A stretch of DNA of 27,365 bases, taken from contig CAZIML010000002.1 in assembly GCA_964540255.1 (NCBI GenBank), positions 1 through 27,365 of the forward strand, written 5' to 3'. The notes under the pieces are model-generated. The model had not been told where the DNA came from, ran no database searches, and was given only the letters and a program-made list of their open reading frames with translations. The position numbers and the translations under genes were made by a program. This document shows positions 25,376-27,365 of this stretch, piece after piece. How positions within the stretch are numbered: the stretch's first letter is position 1; each line of letters starts with the position of its first letter. The DNA is from an uncultured bacterium. GTDB taxonomy: Bacteria; Chlamydiota; Chlamydiia; Chlamydiales; SM23-39.

Positions 25376-25756
25376 ATGAAAAATTGGATTTTGTTAGCGA
25401 TGCTCTTTTTGAATACAAGCGCTTTTGCTTGGACGCTCAAGACGGGAACTTACGATTTAAGCGGCGGTAACGGCACTTTTGGGGGCGGATATCAGGGAGA
25501 AGTGGTGATTGCTCCCCAAGGAGAAAACTATGCAGTGATTTGGAGAGTTGGAAGTCAGCAAACGCAACTCGGAGTGGGGATCTTGAAAGACGATGTTCTC
25601 AGCGTTGCTTTCACCGATCTTTCCAATAACTCTTTCTGGGGCGTTGCTTCTTACCGAGTGAAGGCGTTTGGAGAGTTAGAAGGTTCTTGGACTTCCTACA
25701 ATGGGAAAACTCAAAAACCTGAATATCTAGTCTGGAAAAGTTTCTCTACTTACTAA
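25376..25756 (+). CDS. Secreted small beta-barrel protein (LIC10280-like pattern)
   Basis: Signal peptide MKNWILLAMLFLNTSAFA. Pattern GTYDLSG...YQGEVVI...G..Y.V.W...G.G......LSVAF...GVASY.....GELEGSW. RBS GGGGA. Confidence 0.7.
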   Translation: MKNWILLAMLFLNTSAFAWTLKTGTYDLSGGNGTFGGGYQGEVVIAPQGENYAVIWRVGSQQTQLGVGILKDDVLSVAFTDLSNNSFWGVASYRVKAFGELEGSWTSYNGKTQKPEYLVWKSFSTY

Positions 25757-25798
25757 ACTTCAACAGAGGGCACAGAAACGGAGCTGTTTTTGTGCCTT
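25752..25798 (+). repeat. 47-bp direct repeat copy 1 (displaced purB 3' end; forms a 13-bp hairpin)
   Basis: ACTAAACTTCAACAGAGGGCACAGAAACGGAGCTGTTTTTGTGCCTT matches 26548-26594 at 46/47 positions. Confidence 0.95.
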
Positions 25799-25817
25799 CC
25801 CAATCGGAAATATAATC

Positions 25818-26552
25818 ATGTCAATTAGAAGCTGCGACCTTTCCCATTTCGATCATCCCCGATTTCATGCGCTTCGTCAAGATGCAGTGGGTGTATTAGA
25901 TACTCTAGAAAAGCTATCGGACCTCAAAGAAGAGGCCCTAAAGGAATTAGTGATCCCTCCCTATTCGAATCAGTTTGAGATTGTGGAGAACTTAACCCAG
26001 GCCCGTTTGCTGCAGAAAGTCCCAAATGCGATCCTTAGATTAACGGCGGAGTTTTGTGAAACTTCCCATGAAGTCAATGATCGGCGAGTCGATCTAGTTG
26101 AACAGATAAGACGTGTCGAATATTTGCGTAAGTGGATATTTCAGAGTGTGAATGAGGCTGCGAACAAACTTAAAATTTTCGCGAGTGAGTTTACATTCAA
26201 TAAAAGACGTTGGATTTATGGTCCTATTGCAGGAGGAGTTTTGATCACAGGAATGTCCGTTATCTTGATGTACAGATCGGAATTATCAGCGAAGCTCGGT
26301 GGAGGCATTTTTACGTTGTTATTCGGATCGTGCTTGGGCTGCGCCAGAATCTTTGTTCATCGTCCGGCTCCTCCGCCTCCATGTGATGAAAGTATAGATG
26401 AATACACTCAGGAAGTCTGCGATGCAGTTTATGCTGAAATCTCAGACCTAGAGGTGGCCCGTTCCTTCCGGCAAGTTGTTGTCCCAGTAGATTCAGAAGA
26501 TATGGAGATTTTGATAGAGGGCAGGGTGAGTGAAGGATCGAGAATCGACTAA
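25818..26552 (+). CDS. Hypothetical protein with a bilobed hydrophobic domain (Inc-like)
   Basis: Helical N-terminus, then WIYGPIAGGVLITGMSVILMY-RSELSAK-LGGGIFTLLFGSCLGCARIFV, then PAPPPP and an acidic tail. Confidence 0.75.
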   Translation: MSIRSCDLSHFDHPRFHALRQDAVGVLDTLEKLSDLKEEALKELVIPPYSNQFEIVENLTQARLLQKVPNAILRLTAEFCETSHEVNDRRVDLVEQIRRVEYLRKWIFQSVNEAANKLKIFASEFTFNKRRWIYGPIAGGVLITGMSVILMYRSELSAKLGGGIFTLLFGSCLGCARIFVHRPAPPPPCDESIDEYTQEVCDAVYAEISDLEVARSFRQVVVPVDSEDMEILIEGRVSEGSRID

Positions 26553-26594
26553 ACTTCAACAGAGGGGACAGAAACGGAGCTGTTTTTGTGCCTT
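26548..26594 (+). repeat. 47-bp direct repeat copy 2 (coincides with the live purB 3' end)
   Basis: On the minus strand it encodes RHKNSSVSVPSVEV-stop of PurB. Confidence 0.95.
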
Positions 26595-27365
26595 TCTAAA
26601 AATGGCTCCACTTCGGTTGTCAAAAATTCTCTCACTTGATCGGGGGCTCTCCCAATCAGTTTTTCTGGAGCAAATTCTTTCGGATCGAGTTTCAGTTCTT
26701 TTGCAACTTCTTCGATAGGTTTTCCGGCCAGTTTTCTGAGTCGTTCGTGCGTTTCTTGCCGGTCAGCTCCTTGTTTCGCAGCCTCCATCAAGAGATTTTC
26801 CATCGCTAGGTGGGGAATTTGGGCTTCTAAATGGGCAAGAGCTTTTTGCCGATTGACAGTGAGATGAGAGAGAAGGTGGAAGAGGAGATTGAGGATGGCG
26901 TCAGCTCCCAAAAACGATTCAGGGATTGATAAACGGCGGTTCGATGAATCGTCGAGGGATCGCTCGAGCCATTGGGTGGCTGCTGTGTAGGCGGGATTTT
27001 GAGCCAAAGAAATGAGAAAGCGGGCCAGGCCGCAAATCCGCTCAGAGTAAATGGGATTTCTCTTGTAGGGCATGGCTGAGGAACCTACTTGCGTGTCGCT
27101 AAAGCCTTCCGAAAACTCTCCGTCATGGGCGAGAAGCCGAATGTCGGTCGCCATTTTGTGAACGGTCGCTGCAAAGGACTCGAGTGTGTTGAGAATCTGG
27201 AGGTCGAGCTTGCGCGTATAGGTTTGACCTGCAATGGGAAGGATCTTTGTAAAGCCAAAGTCATGGGCGATCAGCTTTTCGAGCTCTTTCACCTTCTTCG
27301 CATCCCCGTTGAAGAGGGTGAGGAAGGAGGCTTGGGTACCGGTGGCTCCTTTGGCGCCGAGAAAG
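26549..27365 (-). CDS. purB: Adenylosuccinate lyase, partial (5' end beyond the window edge)
   Basis: The frame is open to the window edge: FLGAKGATGTQASFL...GQTYTRKLD...DIRLLAH...QVGSSAMPYKRNP (fumarase/ASL signature)...QWLERSLDDSSNRR. Confidence 0.95.
   Translation of the reverse strand, partial: FLGAKGATGTQASFLTLFNGDAKKVKELEKLIAHDFGFTKILPIAGQTYTRKLDLQILNTLESFAATVHKMATDIRLLAHDGEFSEGFSDTQVGSSAMPYKRNPIYSERICGLARFLISLAQNPAYTAATQWLERSLDDSSNRRLSIPESFLGADAILNLLFHLLSHLTVNRQKALAHLEAQIPHLAMENLLMEAAKQGADRQETHERLRKLAGKPIEEVAKELKLDPKEFAPEKLIGRAPDQVREFLTTEVEPFLERHKNSSVSVPSVEV

Noticed and set aside
25752-25798. Integron attC site (stop codon plus hairpin after each ORF)
   Set aside because: There is no RYYYAAC/GTTRRRY core pair (CTTCAAC is close, but no GTT follows the stem). 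There are only two copies, no intI, and the repeat is fully explained as purB coding sequence.
684-26718. The many 60-200 aa ORFs antisense to or out of frame within assigned genes (e.g. 684-965, 2736-3080, 9687-10289, 15828-16340, 20543-20941)
   Set aside because: They are shadow ORFs overlapping genes with clear family motifs and have no independent coding signal.
1-27365. CRISPR array, rRNA, IS transposase or phage structural genes
   Set aside because: None seen: there are no periodic repeats and no DDE or integrase motifs in any listed ORF.

Overview
A 27.4 kb gene-dense bacterial chromosomal window. It is most likely from an environmental chlamydia (Chlamydiota). That is an inference from the inverse-autotransporter family member, the Inc-like protein, the bioBFDA layout and sigma70/sigma66-type promoters, not a database match. 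From left to right it contains: a bioB-bioF-bioD-bioA operon (minus strand, bioA cut by the window edge); a divergent winged-helix/DUF6314-type gene; an inverse autotransporter; lrp-lysE; a two-domain aspartic protease; and an AT-richer accessory block (~9.1-15.3 kb: dinD, ada, SnoaL-like, NucC/DUF6602-like nuclease, HAD phosphatase, GyrI-like, cupin) that ends at a tRNA-Pro(GGG). After that come ung-MFS-HlyD-Rsm22, several ORFans, and the 3' part of purB. The features the ORF track does not explain are: (1) two separate insertions, each flanked by a duplicated 3' end of a gene (~295 bp of dinD around ada-SnoaL; 47 bp of purB around an Inc-like gene), with only synonymous coding differences between copies and no integrase in view; (2) a 172-nt near-perfect fold-back element with 18-bp perfect terminal inverted repeats next to the tRNA locus; (3) an orphan NucC-like nuclease whose N-terminal helix lies in a start-less frame joined to the upstream HAD gene through an A8 tract; and (4) a CDS whose last 7 codons and stop lie inside the tRNA-Pro. 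All family assignments come from motif recognition by eye.
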